From the human T2T-CHM13v2.0 reference genome, Homo sapiens: 64,000 bases of DNA. The notes beneath the pieces were generated by a model, which saw only the letters and a program-made list of their open reading frames with translations, was not told where the DNA came from and made no database searches. The DNA is taken from NCBI RefSeq assembly GCF_009914755.1, contig NC_060939.1; one strand, given 5' to 3'. Below, piece by piece: positions 61,989 through 64,000 of the stretch (position 1 is its first letter; each line of letters opens with the position of its first letter). Made by a program: the position numbers and the translations under genes.

Positions 61989-64000
61989 CCATTCTACTCC
62001 AACTCTTCAAAAAAAAACTGCAGAGCGGGGAATACTTCTAAACTCATTTTACAAAGGCCAGCATTAACCTATTACTAAAACCAGACAAAGATACAACAAC
62101 AACTACAATCCTCAACAAAATACCAGCAAACTGAATGCAGTAACACATTAAAAAGATCCATCACTAGGGTCAAATGAGATTCATCCTAGGGATGCAAGGA
62201 TGGTTCAACATAAGCAAATTAACATGACACATGACATTAATAGAATCAAGGACAAAAACCATGTGATCATTTCAACAGATGCTAAAAAAGCGTTTGACAA
62301 AATTTGATATTGCTTTATGAAAAAAGTTCTCAACAAACTAGGCACAGAAGGAACGTATCTCAAAATGATAAAGGCTATATATAACAAACCCACAGCTAAC
62401 ATCATACCGAAGAAGGAAAATTTGAAAGCCTTTCCTCTAAGATCTAGAACAAGACAAAGATGCCCACTTTCACCATTTTTATTTCACATAGTGAAGTCCT
62501 AGTCAAAGCCCTCAGGCAAGCGAAAGAAAAAAAGGGCATCCAAATTTGAAAAAAAAAAAAAGTCAAATTATCCTCGTTCACAAACAACATATTACATTTA
62601 GAAAAACCTAAAGACTCCACACACATTAAAAAAAAAGAAAAAACCTGTTAAAACGGATAAATTTGGTAAAGTTGCAGGACGCAAAATCAATATATTAAAA
62701 TCAAATGGCTGGGCACAGTGGCTCATGCCTGCAATCCTAGCACTTTCAGAGGCCAAGGCAGGTGAATCGCTTGACCTCAGGAATTTGAGACCAGCCTGGG
62801 CAACATGGCGAAACTCCGTCTCTACAGAAAAAAAACAAAAACAAAAACAAAAACGCTGGGCTTGGTGGTACACAACTGTAGTCCCTGATATTCGAGAGAC
62901 TGAAGGGAGAATTACTTGAGCCTGGGAGGTTGAGGCTGGAGTGAACCATGATCACACCACTGCACTCCAGCCCAGGTGACAGAGCGAGACCCTGTCTCCA
63001 AAAAAAAAAATCAACTGCATAGCTTTATGCCAACAACAAACAAACTAAAAAAGAAATCAAGAAAGCAATACCATTTACAAAAGCTACAAAAAATATATAA
63101 AATACCTAGGAAAAAGATTTGACCAAAATGTATAAAGCTATGAAACACTAATGAAAAAAATGAAATAGGACACCAAAAAATAGAACGATATCCCTTATTC
63201 ATGGTTTATAAGAATTTAATATTGTTAAAATGTCTCTACTACCCAAAGCGATCTACAAGACCAATGCAATCCCTATCAAAATACCAATGATATTATTCAC
63301 ATAAACAGAGAAAACCTAAAATTCATATGGAACCTGAATAGCCAAAGTAATCCTGAGCAAAAAGAATAAAGCTGAACACATCACACTGACTGACTTCAAA
63401 ACATACCAAAGTTATAGTAACCAAAACATCGTGGCAGTAGCATAAAAACAGACCAATGGAACAAAATAGAGAACCCGGAAATAAATCCATGCATTTACAG
63501 CCAACTCATCTTCAACAAAGGCGGCAAGAGAATATACTGGAAAAAGACAGTGTCTTCAACAAATGGTGCTGGGAAAACTGGATAACCATATGATGCAGGA
63601 GAATTAAACTAGACCCCTACCTCTTGCCATATGCAAAAATGAAACCGAAATAGATTAAAGACTTAAATCTAGGACCTGATACCTTAGAACTATTTAAAGA
63701 AAACATTGGGGAAATGCTTTAGGACATTGGTCTAGGCAAAGACTTTGGATAACACCTCAAAAGCACAATCAACACAAGTGAAAACAAACATATAGGATTA
63801 CATTAAGCTAAAAGGCTTCACGGCAAAGGAAATAATCAACAAAGTAGAGACAACAAACCGAAAGAGAGAAATTATTTGCAAACTATCTGTCTAATAAGAG
63901 ATTAATAACCAGAAAATATAAGGAACTCAAAACACTCCACAAGCTTGGTGGAGTGTTTTGAATTCCTTAAAAAAAAAAAAATGTGATTTAAAAACGGGCA
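61989..64000 (+). mobile_element. Continuation of the old host L1 ORF2 (RT and downstream)
   Basis: Resumes after the TSD; [26 protein letters not shown]. Confidence 0.9.
62707..63010 (+). mobile_element. Alu (AluJ-like) nested in the old L1
   Basis: Diverged dimer; aaaatcaa on both flanks. Confidence 0.92.

Overview
Human (primate) genomic DNA containing the 3' end of VPS13C on the minus strand. I reconstructed 19 GT-AG coding exons from 50065 down to the TAA at 14052. Their phases chain without a break (2157 nt, 718 aa, ending ...RLLRPQLPS*). There is also an alternative terminal exon (QELEIQE*, 27505-27528) and a ~2 kb 3'UTR with an AATAAA at 12015-12020. The rest is intron or intergenic DNA full of transposon fossils: many Alus, old L1s, MaLR LTRs, MER elements, a Charlie/hAT transposase relic, and a nested L1 cluster (51.4-64 kb) containing a full-length, inactivated L1PA2/3-type element. 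I see no new multi-gene system. The best leads are: (1) the L1 antisense promoter/ORF0 points into the last VPS13C exons; (2) one VPS13C 3' splice site is built almost entirely from an L1; (3) a 29-nt L1HS-diagnostic micro-insertion has perfect TSDs; (4) the short isoform's stop codon overlaps an AATAAA; (5) there are several template-switch scars. Repeat subfamily names come from recalled consensus sequences, repeat boundaries are approximate, and both need RepeatMasker/Dfam confirmation.
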